A stretch of 64,000 nucleotides of DNA from Lingula anatina. Lineage: Eukaryota; Animalia; Brachiopoda. Position numbers and translations under genes: made by a program. Each line of letters opens with the position of its first letter. Positions within the stretch are counted from its first letter, which is position 1. The DNA lies in the NCBI GenBank assembly GCA_051362555.1, contig CM120649.1, positions 2,294,001-2,358,000 on the forward strand. Direction: 5' to 3'. The notes beneath the pieces are model-generated. The model did not search any database. It was given only the letters and a program-made list of their open reading frames with translations, and had not been told where the DNA came from. This document shows positions 38,040 through 51,119 of this stretch, piece by piece.

Positions 38040-40564
38040 ACTAAACAACGCCAGTGCAATAGCTTTATGAAGAATCTTGATAATGAAGTTTACAAACCGG
38101 GGCTTTGATAGTGGTAATAACATTGGGAGACACGGGTATTTGTATTTCGCTTGTAGACATGGGAATTTGTATTTGGATAAAACAGAATATAAAATACTGG
38201 GTACATTGTATGGTTACAGAAATGTTTATTATTACAGAATTAAAATGAAATGTGATCTTAATTAACTCATGGAGATGCGTGTTCACAAGTACTTGAGACC
38301 CATCAAAAACAAACGTCATTATAACGTTACCATAACGTCAATTTTACCAAAAAAACAAAATGTTATGGCCACGTTATAGTAACGTTATAATACGTTATGT
38401 GTTGGCCGGGGATAGCTTGAAATATTTGAATGTCTACTGAAGAAATATCAAGGGCTATGGCTTTTGTGACAACATCCAGCGCCGCGTAATAATAATAAGT
38501 CATAATAATAGGTTTATTAACGCATACCTGCCACAAGTTGAAGTTGTACATTAAATGTAATTAAATCATTTATATTAAATATGGGATATACACTAAGACC
38601 AAAAATAAATAAAACGCAAACTTTTAAAAGTTTGATAAAAGCTAAGGGGATAAAATAAAATATATACAATAAAGACCAAGATGAGTTAAAAAAAAAAAAA
38701 AAACACTATAATGATAAAGAATGAGATAAAGGCATTTTAAACGTTCTGAATTTTTAACACTAAAATTTGTCTGTCTTTGCTTTAGTCGCACAAGTGTCGC
38801 ACACAGGGTTTTAAGATGACAAGAAGATCACAGAGACATTCAACTGTCACAAAGAGTATTTATCATGGACGTCACATTGTGCCTGGTCGTCTGAAATGGG
38901 ATGCAGCGATTCTTACAGAAGCATACAAGAGGTAAATGTTACAGAGAAGGCAGCTGATGTGTTGGGCTTGGAGAATACTTAAACGTATTTTATGTCTCCT
39001 TGATGAAAACAAGTTCAATACAGTGAAGAATAGAAAAGGTATTAAAGTGACAAACACAAGTATGATGTTCGAAATTTGGCCGATGACGGCCGCTTTTAAT
39101 AAATAAATGAAATGAAGTAATTTTAGAATCTAAAATGGAATAATTGTGACAGTGCCTAATTACGTAACTTTTACGTCTGAAAAAACTTTTCTATATAATT
39201 CCCAAACAAGGTAGTGCAGACGTTCTAATTTGTGGGGTTAGACCTGGGAGATACCGCAGGAAACACATAACGTTGTTATAATGCTACCACAGCATTCTAT
39301 ACAGTTCTTTGTCGGATTTTTTTTCTGTAGAAAATTCAATTCTATCCACATTTTGGTTTTTTAATTTAGTGCTTTTATCTGTATCTGAATAAGTGAACGG
39401 TATTTGCAGAGCATTCCATGCCCATGGTTTTGGTACATTGTTCCTTCTGGAACAGAACGTTATTTGGGCATTTAGCAAGAAGTGGACACAGAAAATGGCT
39501 TCGGGAAATTTCCAAACGCTTACAGTGTACTTCTTATTGGACTCCTACGAATTAATTTGCAACTTATAAAGACGATAGTAATGGTCTAAACATACATGAG
39601 TGCTGGGTAGGTTGCGCAATAAAGTCGCCATATTTGCGGTATCATTGCACTCAAACAAACGGGTCTTCAGTGCCCTATGCACAAAATTACACCAAAGAAG
39701 CAAATGTCTCCAGATATTGGCAAAGAAAATGGCATGATCGTGCTTAGAAGAGTTCTTTCTTTTAACTTTGTCAATGTGTAGTGCATTTATCAGTCTGGAT
39801 ATGCATTAATATGATTATATGCGGGTTTTTTTCAATACCAGAGATTAAATAAAACATTTGTTTAAGACATGGTTTGCTGTATAACTTTACGCATTGCATT
39901 AGGAGTGACACACATTTCGGTGCAGGAATACATGATTAGTACAGTGATTTCCATAGAAGTGAAAAATTGCAATATTATCTATTAAAATAAACAAACAAAT
40001 GTAACAGAATTTATATGCAGTTAGATCCGAATGCAATTAAAAAAGCAGCGTGTCAAGCAGCACTTGTGTCCATCGCATACGGCAATTTATCCCCTGTAGG
40101 CTGCAGCAATATAGTAATCATTATAAACTGATTAAATGCACATAATGTAGAGCTCTACCGGTATATAAGAACCGAACATGACATTTTACTCTACCTATCA
40201 TTGTGCTGTTTACCGACCTGAAACCCTGGATATGCTGATGCTTCTTAGGGTATCATTTGGATGCCCTTGACACTCAGTCTGACACCCCAGGGCTACCCAA
40301 CTGCTACCTGTGGGTCTCAGTTTGGACCCTACTGCTGGATTCTTCTAAAGGCCTCAGGATTAATCCCAGTTTCCCTTACTGTATGGTGACACCAAATTAT
40401 GAGTATATTTATATTTGTTTTTTAACGTGAAAATAAAGCTGTTTAGTTAATATGGCCCTGATTACTATAATATATATATTTTTTAGACGTCGGTTACTGG
40501 GCATTAATTGTTAATAAGGCCTTTCTTGTTTCGCAATCAATCTACACTTATATAATATAGTGTC

Positions 40565-43029
40565 ATGGCGCGATCGGCAACAATAGCTGCTTGCTTCATT
40601 GGACTTTGCGTGAGTCTGGTGTTGCTGTTGGCACGGAGTAGGAATCTTCTAGGTAGGTGGCATGATTAATGAAACTTTCTTGAATATAACATTTGTTCTA
40701 ATTTACTGCCATAATATTCAAGTTGACGATGAAAGAGGTTTTGCCCTTAAAGGATTTTAATTAATCTTGAATGGCTTAAAAGAAGCAGCAGTGACTGATA
40801 TGAGAGCCAGGTGTGTGGAAAACGCCTTGTAAAAATCCAAGAGGATCGTCAGTGGCTTTTGGTGCTGTGAGGATGTTGCAAATATGTAAAGTCTACTTGC
40901 AATGAAAAATCCATGCGCTGCGGCTGTTATGTTTTCGATACTTTATATAGTGCAAAGTGCTATGGTTTCTTGAGACCATTGGGAATACCAAAAATCGGGA
41001 ATTTAATCTGTCAGGATTAATTCGTTGCAGCACTTGGTTCACTAGTGTAGACCTTTTGAATCGCTGCACCTAGGAAGGAATTTATTTTCACTTTTATTGT
41101 GTAGTATAGACTCTCCAGCCAAAGGGAACGCAAGACTAGTAAAAATTATGAATAGAGCTTTTAATTATTATTTTAATTATTTATTTGTGATAATACTCTC
41201 CTCTAAACCAGCAAAATATCGTCAGGTTTTAAGATTGGCACTTTCTCGGATTATACATATAGACGTAAAAGTGGTTTATGCTGGTTATTCCGCCATATTG
41301 TGTTTTCCAGATTCTATCACTCCACATTTGAATCCCAGCAGGGAAAATAAAGAGAGCACTAGTTATTTGTCCAGAGTTATTCAGCAGGTAACATTTTAAT
41401 TAATTTTCGATTTTTGACACACACTCAGATACTGTGTTACACATGTATGAGAGCGACTGGATAAGGTTCTTATATACTTGGGATAAACGCACGACGAGAA
41501 TCAGGATGTAATAGTGAACCCTGTCAGTTCTGCTAAAAATGCCATATGTTAGTCTTCATGATGGCGCATGTCTTGTACTAGTTTTGGCCATAGTTAATTG
41601 ATAATAAAATTGACTTTCTAAATTTAAGGAGGCTCTCTCATTTTAGCTTGAGTACATGTACTTTTTTTACGACAGTGACTGATGATCAAAATACATCATG
41701 CAATAAAATATGTAGATCATCATTTAATGAAATCGTTGCTGTTATTTTGACCGTTAAGAATATGTTAACAGCCCGTTGCATTAGCGAAGCACGCTCGGTG
41801 ACGCCTGTGGACATTTACGACGTAAGGTACCCACTTGCGACCTGTTTACAAACTACGTACAGTGTACATTTTTTGGGACGTAACTCTTCGAAAACGAACA
41901 GGATTATCACCGGGTTTTTTTTTTCATATACTTTACCATATTCTGAGTAGATTTTGTCTTATAATTTTTCGCAAAATCGCTGGGGAAGAATTTTTTTTTT
42001 CTTTTTTTTTTCTTTTTTTGAAATATGAAATCTCTAACGGTCGCTTTTTTTTTCTATCTAGCTCCACCGGCAGTGGCTGGAACTCTTACGCAATGCTTTC
42101 TTTTGTCATAAAGATAAAAAAAAAAACTATTTAGTCTCTTAAGAAACGGTTAAGCAAAACAAATTTTAAACAGTTATCGTTCTTCTCTCCTTCAGAAATT
42201 TCACTGGGATAGAGTTCCTAGGGAATGGGTGAACACTTTAAACCGAAGAAGGCAAAGGATGTTTCAGATGTCCAAGGATCTGAATGAACCAATTGAAGAA
42301 GAAAAGCCCATTAATGTGTCCAAAAAACTAATTCCGGACAGAAACTACGTTGACGACATCTACCGGATAATTCTGTGTCCAATCTCAAAAACAGCCAGCA
42401 GATCCTGGCTTAAGATATATTTCAAACTGAATGGACAGATGAACACTTCTGTAGAATACAACCAAATGCCTCGCCCGTATTTCGAACCATACGTACGTAA
42501 ACTTAAGACGTACACTGATTCTGGTATCCATGGTCGTGTAAACAGTTACCTAAAAATAATGACAGTCCGCCATCCTCTGGTACGTCTTGTGTCAGCATAC
42601 ATAGAACAGGTGGTGCCACCACGCGGGATGTTTAGAGGTGCATTGGAGAAATTTAACAGAAACAGAAGACGCACGAAAGACGGCAATAAAACACGCACAG
42701 TTACATTTGGAGATTTTCTACATTTTATCCTCCAACGTCCAAATATCCATTGGAATGAATTTAATACGTTTTGTGCTCCTTGCAAAATGCAGTATGATCT
42801 CGTTGTGTATTTCGAGACAATGGCAGAGGACCTCAAAAACACTCTCATTCTCCTGGGCGCAGACGACATGATCCAACTCCCGCCTTCACATCGTGCAAAT
42901 CAAACGTCGTCTGACGATGAAGCACGGCAGTTCTATCAGGGGGTAGACAGGGAGCTTTTGAAGCAAGTTATGGCCAAGTACTGGGTTGAGGAGAAGTATT
43001 ATGGATATAACATGAGCTTGTTTTCATAA
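40565..43029 (+). CDS. Carbohydrate sulfotransferase (CHST11-like), copy 6
   Basis: Exons 40565-40652, 41311-41387 and 42196-43029; intact. Confidence 0.92.
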
Positions 43030-45574
43030 AATAACGCTAGTGTAATAGTTTTATGAAGAATCTTGATAATGAAGTTTACAAACTGGGGCTTTGATGGTGG
43101 TAATAACATTGGGAGACAACTGTATTTGTATTATGCTTGTTGCCATGGGTATTTGAATTTGGATAAAACAGAATATAAAATACTGGGTACATTGTATGGT
43201 TACAGAAATGTTTATTATTACAGAATTAAAATGAAATGTGATCTTAACTTATGGAGATGCGTGGTCACGTGGACCCAACAAACACATAACGTTATTACAA
43301 CGTTACCATAACGTTAATTTTACAAAAAAAAAAAAAAAAAAAAACGTTATGGCTTCGTTATGGTAGCGTTATAAAACGTTATGTGTTTGCCGGGGATAGC
43401 TTGAAATATTTGAATGTTCACTGAGCACATTTCAGGGGCTACGGTATTTATGACAACATCCAGCGCCGCGAAATAATAATTAGTAATAATAATAGGTTTA
43501 TTTACGCATACCTGCCCCCTAGGTGAAGTTGTACATTAAATGTAATTAAAAAAAAACATTTACATTTAATAAGGGATGTGCACTAAGACCAAAAAATAAA
43601 TATAGCACAAACTTCTAATTCTTTGATAAAAGCTATGGGAATAAAATAAAATAGGCCCATAAACAATAAAGACCAAGATGACTTCCAAAATAAAACACAA
43701 ACTACGAAAAGTCTGATAAAGAAAGATATAAAGGCAATTTAAACGTTCTGAATTTTTGACACTAAAATTTGACTGTCTTTGCTTTAGTCGCACAAGTGTC
43801 GCACATAGGGTTTTAAGATGACAAGAAGATCACAGAGACATTCAACTGTCACAAAGAGTATTTATCATGGACGTCACATTGTGCCTGGTCGTCTGAAATG
43901 GGATGCTGCAATTCTTACAGAAGCATACAAGAGGTAAATGTTACAGAGAAGGCAGCTGATGTGTTGGGTTTGGAGAATACTTAAATGTATTTTATGTCTT
44001 CTTGATCAAAACAAGTTCAATACAGTGACGAATAGAAAAGGTATTAAAGTGACAAACACAAGTACGATGTTCGAAATTTGGCCGATGACGGCCGCTTTTA
44101 TTGTGAATCCCTCTAATAAATGAAATGAAGTAACTTTAGAATCTAAAATGGAATAATTGTGGCAGTGCCTAATTACGTAACTTTTTCGTCTGAAAAAACT
44201 TTATTTTATATATAATTCCCAACAACGTAGTGCAGACGTTCTAATTTGTGGGGTTAGACCTGGGAGATACCGCAGGAAACACATAACGTTGTTATAACGC
44301 TACCACAGCATTCTATACAGTTCTTTGTCGGATTTTTTCTGTAGAAAATTCAATTCTATGCACATTTCGGTTTTTTAATTAACTGCCTTTATCTGTATCT
44401 GAATAAGTGAACGGTATTTGCAGAGCATTCCATGCCCATGGTTTTGGTACATTGTTCCTTTTGGAACAGAACGTTATTTGGGCATTTAGCAAGAAGTGGA
44501 CACAGAAAATGGCTTCGGGAAATTTCCAAACGCTTACAGTGTACTTCTTATTGGACTCCTACGAATTAATTTGCAACTTATAAAGACGATAGTAATGGGC
44601 TAAACATACATGAGTGCTGGGTAGGTTGCGCAATAATGTCGCCATATTTGTGGTATCATTGCACTCAAACAAACGGGTCTTCAGTGCCCTATGCACAAAA
44701 TAGCACCAAAGAAGCAAATGTCTCCGGATATTGGCAAAGAAAATGGCATGATCGTGCTTAGAAGAGTTCTTTTAACTTTGTCAATGTGTAGTGCATTTAT
44801 CAGTCTGGATATGCATTAATATGATTATATGCGGGTTTTTTTCAATACCAGAGATTAAATAAAACATTTGTTTAAGACATGGTTTGCTGTATAACTTTAC
44901 GCATTGCATTAGGAGTGACACACATTTCGGTGCAGGAATACATGATTAGTACAGTGATTTCCATAGAAGTGAAAAATTGCAATATTATCTATTAAAATAA
45001 ACAAACAAATGTAACAGAATTTATATGCAGTTAGATCCGAATGAAATTAAAAAAGCAGCGTGTCAAGCAGCACTTGTGTCCATCGCATACGGGAATTTAT
45101 CCCCTGTAGGCTGCAGCAATATAGTAATCATTATAAACTGACTAAATGCACATAATGTAGAGCTGTACCGGTATATAAGAACCGAACATGACATTTTACT
45201 CTACTAATCATTGTGCTGTTTACCGACCTGAAACCCTGGATATGCTGTTACTTCTTAGGGTATCATTTGGATGCCCTGGACACTCAGTCCGACACCCCAG
45301 GGCTATCCAACAGCTACCTGTGGGTCTCAGTTTGGACCCTACTGCTGGTTCTTCTAAAGGCCTCAGGATTAATCCCAGTTTCCCTTAGTGTATGGTGACA
45401 CCAAATTATGAGTATATTTATATTTGTTCTTTAACGTAAAAATAAAGCTGTGCCGTTAATATGGCCCTGATTACTATAATATATATTTTTTTTAGACGTC
45501 GGTTACTGGGCATTAATTGTTAATAAGGCCTTTTCTTGTTTCGCAATCAATCTACACTTATATAATATAGTGTC

Positions 45575-48207
45575 ATGGCGCGATCGGCAACAATCGCTGC
45601 TTGCTTCATTGGACTTTGCGTGAGTCTGGTGTTGCTGTTGGCACGGAGTAGGAATCTTCTAGGTAGGTTGCATGATTAATGAAACTTTCTTGAATATAAC
45701 ATTTGTTCTAATTTACTGCCATAATATTCAAGTTGACGATGAAAGAGGTTTTGCCCTTCCTTGTCGTAAAGGGTTTTAATTCATCTTGAATGGCTTAAAA
45801 GAAGCAGCAGTGACTGATATGAGAGCCAGGTGTGTGGAAAACGCCTTGTAAAAATCCAAGAGGATCGTCAGTGGCTTTTGGTGCTGTGAGGATGTTGCAA
45901 ATATGTAAAGTCTACTTGCAATGAAAAATCCATGCGCTGCGGCTGTTTTGTTTTCGATACTTTATATAGTGCAAAGTGCTATGGTTTCTTGAGACCATTG
46001 GGAATACCAAAAATCGGGAATTTAATCTGTCAGGATTAATTCGTTGCAGCACTTGGTTCACTAGTGTAGACCTTTTGAATCGCTGCACCTAGGAAGGAAT
46101 TTATTTTCACTTTTACTGTGTAGTATAGACTCTCCAGCCAAAGGGAACGCAAGACTAGTAAGAATTATGAATAGAGCTTTTAATTATTATTTTAATCATT
46201 TATTTGTCTTAATACCCTTCTCTAAACCAGCAAAATATCGTCAGGTTTTAAGATTGGCACTTTCTCGGATTATACATATATACGTAAAAAGTGGTTTACG
46301 CTGGTTATTCCGCCATATTGTGTTTTCCAGATTCTATCACTCCACATTTGAATCCAAGCAGGGAAGTTAAAGAGAGCACTAGTTATTTGTCCAGAATTAT
46401 TCAGCAGGTAACATTTAAATTAATTTTCGATTTTTGACACACACTCAGATACTGTGTTTTACATGTATGAGAGAGACTGGATAAGGTTCTTATATATTTG
46501 GGATAAACGCACGACGAGAATCAGAATGTAATAGTAAACGTAAAAAGTGGTTTACGCTGGTTATTCCGCCATATTGTGTTTTCCAGATTCTATCACTCCA
46601 CATTTGAATCCAAGCAGGGAAGTTAAAGAGAGCACTAGTTATTTGTCCAGAATTATTCAGCAGGTAACATTTAAATTAATTTTCGATTTTTGACACACAC
46701 TCAGATACTGTGTTTTACATGTATGAGAGAGACTGGATAAGGTTCTTATATATTTGGGATAAACGCACGACGAGAATCAGAATGTAATAGTAAACCTTGT
46801 TAGTTCTGTTAAAAATGCCATATGTTAGTCTTCATGATGGCGTATGTCCTGTACTAGTTTTGACCATAGTTAATTGATGATAAAATTGACTTTCTAAATT
46901 TAAGGAGGCTCTCTCATTTTAGCTTGAGTACATGTACTTTTTTACGACAGTGACTAATAATCAAAAAACATCATGCAATAAAATATGTAAATCATTATTT
47001 GATGAAATCGTTGCTGTTATTTTGATCGAAGCGCTACGAATATATTAAAAGAACGTTGCATTAGCGAAGTTTTATGGGACGCAACTCTTCAAGAGGATTA
47101 TCACCAGTTTTTTTCATATACTTTACTATATGCTGAGTAGATTTTGTCTCATAATTTTCACAAAATCGCTGGTGAAGTTTTTTTTTTTTTGAAATATGAA
47201 ATATAGGCCTAACCTCTAACGTTCGCTTTTCTTTCTACATGTATCTAGCTCTATCTAGCTCCACTGGCAGTGTCTGGACCTGTTACGCATCAAGATAAAA
47301 AAACCTATATGGTCTCTTAAGCGACGGTTAAGCAAAACAAATTTTAAACAGTTATCGTTCTTCTCTCCTTCAGAAATTTCACTGGGATAGAGTTCCTAGG
47401 GCATGGGTGAACACTATAAACCGAAGAAGGCAAAGGATGTATGAGATGTGCAAGGATCTGAATGAACCCATTGTAGAAGAAGCGCCCATTAGTGTGTCCA
47501 AACAACAAATTCCTGACAGAAACTACGTTGACGACATCTACCGGATAATTCTGTGTCCAATCTCAAAGACAGCCAGCAGATCCTGGCTTAAGATATATTT
47601 CAAACTGAATGGACAGATGAACACTTCTGTAGAATACAACCAAATGCCTCGCCCGTATTTCGAACCATACGTACGTAAACTTAAGACGTACACTGATTCT
47701 GGTATCCATGGTCGTGTAAACAGTTACCTCAAAATAATGACAGTCCGTCACCCTCTGGTACGTCTTGTGTCAGCGTACAAGGAACAGGTGGTGCCACCAC
47801 GCGGGATGTTTAGATGTGCATTGGAGAAATTTAACATAAAAAGAAGACGCACAAAAGACGGCAATAAAACACGCACAGTTACATTTGAAGATTTTCTGCA
47901 TTTTATCCTCCAACGTCCAAATATCCATTGGAATGAATTCAATACGTTTTGCGCTCCTTGCAAAATGGAGTATGATCTCGTTGTGTATTTTGAGACAATG
48001 GCAGAGGACCTCAAAAACACTCTCATTCTCCTGGGCGCAGACGACATGATCCAACTCCCGCCTTCACATCGTGCAAATCAAACGTCGTCTGACGATGAAG
48101 CTAGGCAGTTCTATCAGAGAGTAGACAGGGAGCTTTTGAAGCAAGTCATGACAAAGTATTGGGTCGAGGAGAAGTATTATGGATATAACATGAGCTTGTT
48201 TTCATAA
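45575..48207 (+). CDS. Carbohydrate sulfotransferase (CHST11-like), copy 7
   Basis: Exons 45575-45662, 46331-46407 (or its duplicate 46587-46663) and 47374-48207. In frame only if exactly one exon 2 is used. Confidence 0.88.
46282..46795 (+). repeat. 256-bp tandem duplication containing exon 2 of copy 7
   Basis: 46282-46537 is repeated from 46538, including both splice sites. Confidence 0.92.
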
Positions 48208-50390
48208 ACTAAACAACGCCAGTGTAATAGCTTTATGAAGAATCTTGATAATGAAGTTTACAAACCGGGGCTTTGATACTGGTAATAACATTGGGAGACA
48301 CGGGTATTTGTATTATGCTTGTTGCCATGGGTATTTGAATTTGGATAAAACAGAATAATAAATACTGGGTACATTGTATGGTTACAGAAATGTTTATTAT
48401 TACAGAATTAAAATGAAATGTGATCTTAACTCAGGAGATGCGTGGTCACGTGACCTGAGTACCAGAAACCCAACAAACACATAACGTTATTATAACGTTA
48501 CCATAACGTTAATTTTACAAAAAAAAAAAAAAAAAAAAACGTTATGGCTTCGTTATGGTAGCGTTATAAAACGTTATGTGTTTGCCGGGGATAGCTTGAA
48601 ATATTTGAATGTTCACTGAGCACATTTCAGGGGCTACGGTATTTATGACAATTAACATCTAGCGCCGCGAAATAATAATTAGTAATAATAATAGGTTTAT
48701 TAACGCATACCTACCCCCTAGGTGAAGTTGTACATTAAATGTAATTAAAAAAACATTTACATTTAATAAGGGATGTGCACTAAGACCAAAAAATAAATAA
48801 AGCACAAACTTCTAATTCTTTGATAAAAGCTATGGGAATAAAATAAAATAGGCCCATAAACAATAAAGACCAAGATGACTTCCAAAATAAAACACAAACT
48901 ACGAAAAATGTGATAAAGAAAGATATAAAGGCAATTTAAACGTTCTGAATTTTGGTACACTAAAATTTGACTGGCTTTGCTTTAGTCGCTCAAAGGGTCT
49001 CACACAGGGTTTTGAGGATGACAAGAAGATCACAGAGACATTCAACTGTCACAAAGAGTATTTATCATGGACGTCACATTGTGCCTGGTCGTCTGAAATG
49101 GGATGCTGCAATTCTTACAGAAGCATGCAAGAGGTAAATGCTTTAGAGAAGACAGCCCATGCGTTGAGTTTGGAGAATACTTTTACGTTTTATTAGACCT
49201 GGGAGATACCGCAGCAAACCCAGGTCGTTATTATAACGCTACCACCGCGATCTATACAGTTCTTTGTCAGATGGTTTTCTGTGAAGATTTCAATTCTCTG
49301 CTTATTTCGGGTTTTTTTTAGTGCTTTTATCTGTATTTGAATAAGTAAACGTCGCAGGGCCTGTTTGGCGTGGACGCAACGGTCGAGAGAAAATAGTGAG
49401 AAAGCTGTTTCTGCACACTTGGTTGAAGATAATTCTTTATTAAAATAATGAAATCCATCATGATCTGATTTATGAAAAGCCAAACAGAGGCATACAACTT
49501 GATGTTATTGTCAATATAAGGCCAAAATCGATCAAGAAAAAAACCCCAGTACACATACACACACTCACACACTCACACACACACGCACATTTACACACAC
49601 GCGCACATTTACAAACACACTTTACTGTATGTCAGCACCAACCAGCAGACAATGCGAAGTGTCAGGAGAGTGTTGGTGAGTACAGCTCAGCAGACGACAC
49701 AGTCCACTCAAGGTCGTATGAACCTCATTACCGCCAATTAAAGTCTTCCTATTGGTCCAGAAGGTATAAATTGTACGCATTCTTCCGCGGCTACAACAAC
49801 AATTAGTTATGCTTTAAATGACGGCTTACAAATAATTAGTAATTTTAGCGTGGTAAACGGTCTTCAATATTTATTATTTAAGTCTTTTTCCCCAGATTTA
49901 TACACACACATTACCATCCCAATTTTGGAAATGGTTTGAAACGATACCGAGGGACACCTTACGGACTATAACATATCTCATGTGGCAGATAACGACCATT
50001 TGAGGCAGTTGCACCCTCTACTTCACTAAGAACGACACAGAACTACAGAATCTTCCTCTCTTTTCCTAGTTCAGGTAAGTGGCACAATATACACAACACA
50101 TATCTTTTATTTATCATTAATAACAAATTCATATCCGCAAGTGCTACACCATGGTGTTTTGATAAGTAAAATTTGGCATATTGTAAATAATAACGCAATA
50201 TTAATGAAGAAGACCGACTGTCGTGAAGAACAAATACATGTATGATCGATTCAACCAACTGCCACTGTTGTACTACTGACCAAGCGGTAAGAGAATAGTT
50301 TCTCTCATCCGAACTTGAACAAGAAACCACCATTACTATTATTATTTTATCTACATACTGTTCATGAAGGAAAATTGTGCACTGCTACGA

Positions 50391-50670
50391 TTATGTAGTT
50401 ATCATGATGTCGGTTAGGGTTTAATATTTTGAGGTCACTCCAAATTATGTAGTTATCGTGATGTCGTTTAGTACTTATATTGTGAGATCTTTCCTAATTT
50501 CATATTTATCGTGTTGTTGCTCAGTGGTTAATATTAAGAGATCTTTCCTTACTTCATATTTATCGTGTTGTATTTCAGTAGTTAATATTGTGAAATATTT
50601 CCTAATTACATATTTATCGTGTTGTTATTCAGGGGTTAATATTAAGAGGTCAGTCGGAATTATGTAGTTA
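50391..50670. repeat. Degenerate ~54-bp minisatellite (about 5 units)
   Basis: Recurring ATT(A/T)(T/C)RTA(G/T)TTATCGTG(A/T)TGT...TTAATATT..GAG with a period of about 54 bp. Confidence 0.7.
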
Positions 50671-50944
50671 CATGTTCGTCCAAATGTAGATTTCCACCAG
50701 AACCCGTACATGCTGGTCCATTAGATCCAATAAACATTTCATACTGGTACATTGCACCTGCATTGAATGTGTGTCGTAGAGCACTGATGATATCATGAAA
50801 GCCAACTGAGGCTGTACCTGCAGTCTGTTTGTTTCATATCATTGTGTTTCTAATGTTTTGTACAGTACAGCATAGCAGTAGTAGGGGCCTCACGATACCC
50901 AGGCTACGGTTAGATTTAGTACAGCGGGGGGGGGGGGGGGGGGG

Positions 50945-51119
50945 GGGGGGCATTCAGAAAAGCGGACTAACAGATCCGCGGTTCAAATATGGCCACCCAC
51001 TAAAAAGCTTGTCGCTTAATTCCCATTTAGACACTGAATAGATTCCCTGCAGGGATTATGCGACAAGCATTCAAGTGGGGCGGCCATATTTGATCCGCGG
51101 ATCTGTTCTGAATGCGCTC
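50945..51119. mobile_element. Palindromic MITE
   Basis: GCATTCAGAA...AACAGATCCGCGGTTCAAATATGGCCACCCACT is mirrored by AGTGGGGCGGCCATATTTGATCCGCGGATCTGTTCTGAATGC. Confidence 0.7.

Larger units (their letters stand above)
12749..49351 (+). repeat. Tandem segmental array of seven ~5-kb sulfotransferase gene units
   Basis: Exons, introns, 3' UTRs and spacers repeat seven times. Homology starts at 12749/13103 and ends at AATAAGTAAACG (49351). Confidence 0.95.

Noticed and set aside
50391-50670. Regularly spaced repeats as a possible CRISPR array
   Set aside because: The whole unit is repeated and degenerate, with no unique spacers or cas genes, in a eukaryotic context; it is a minisatellite.
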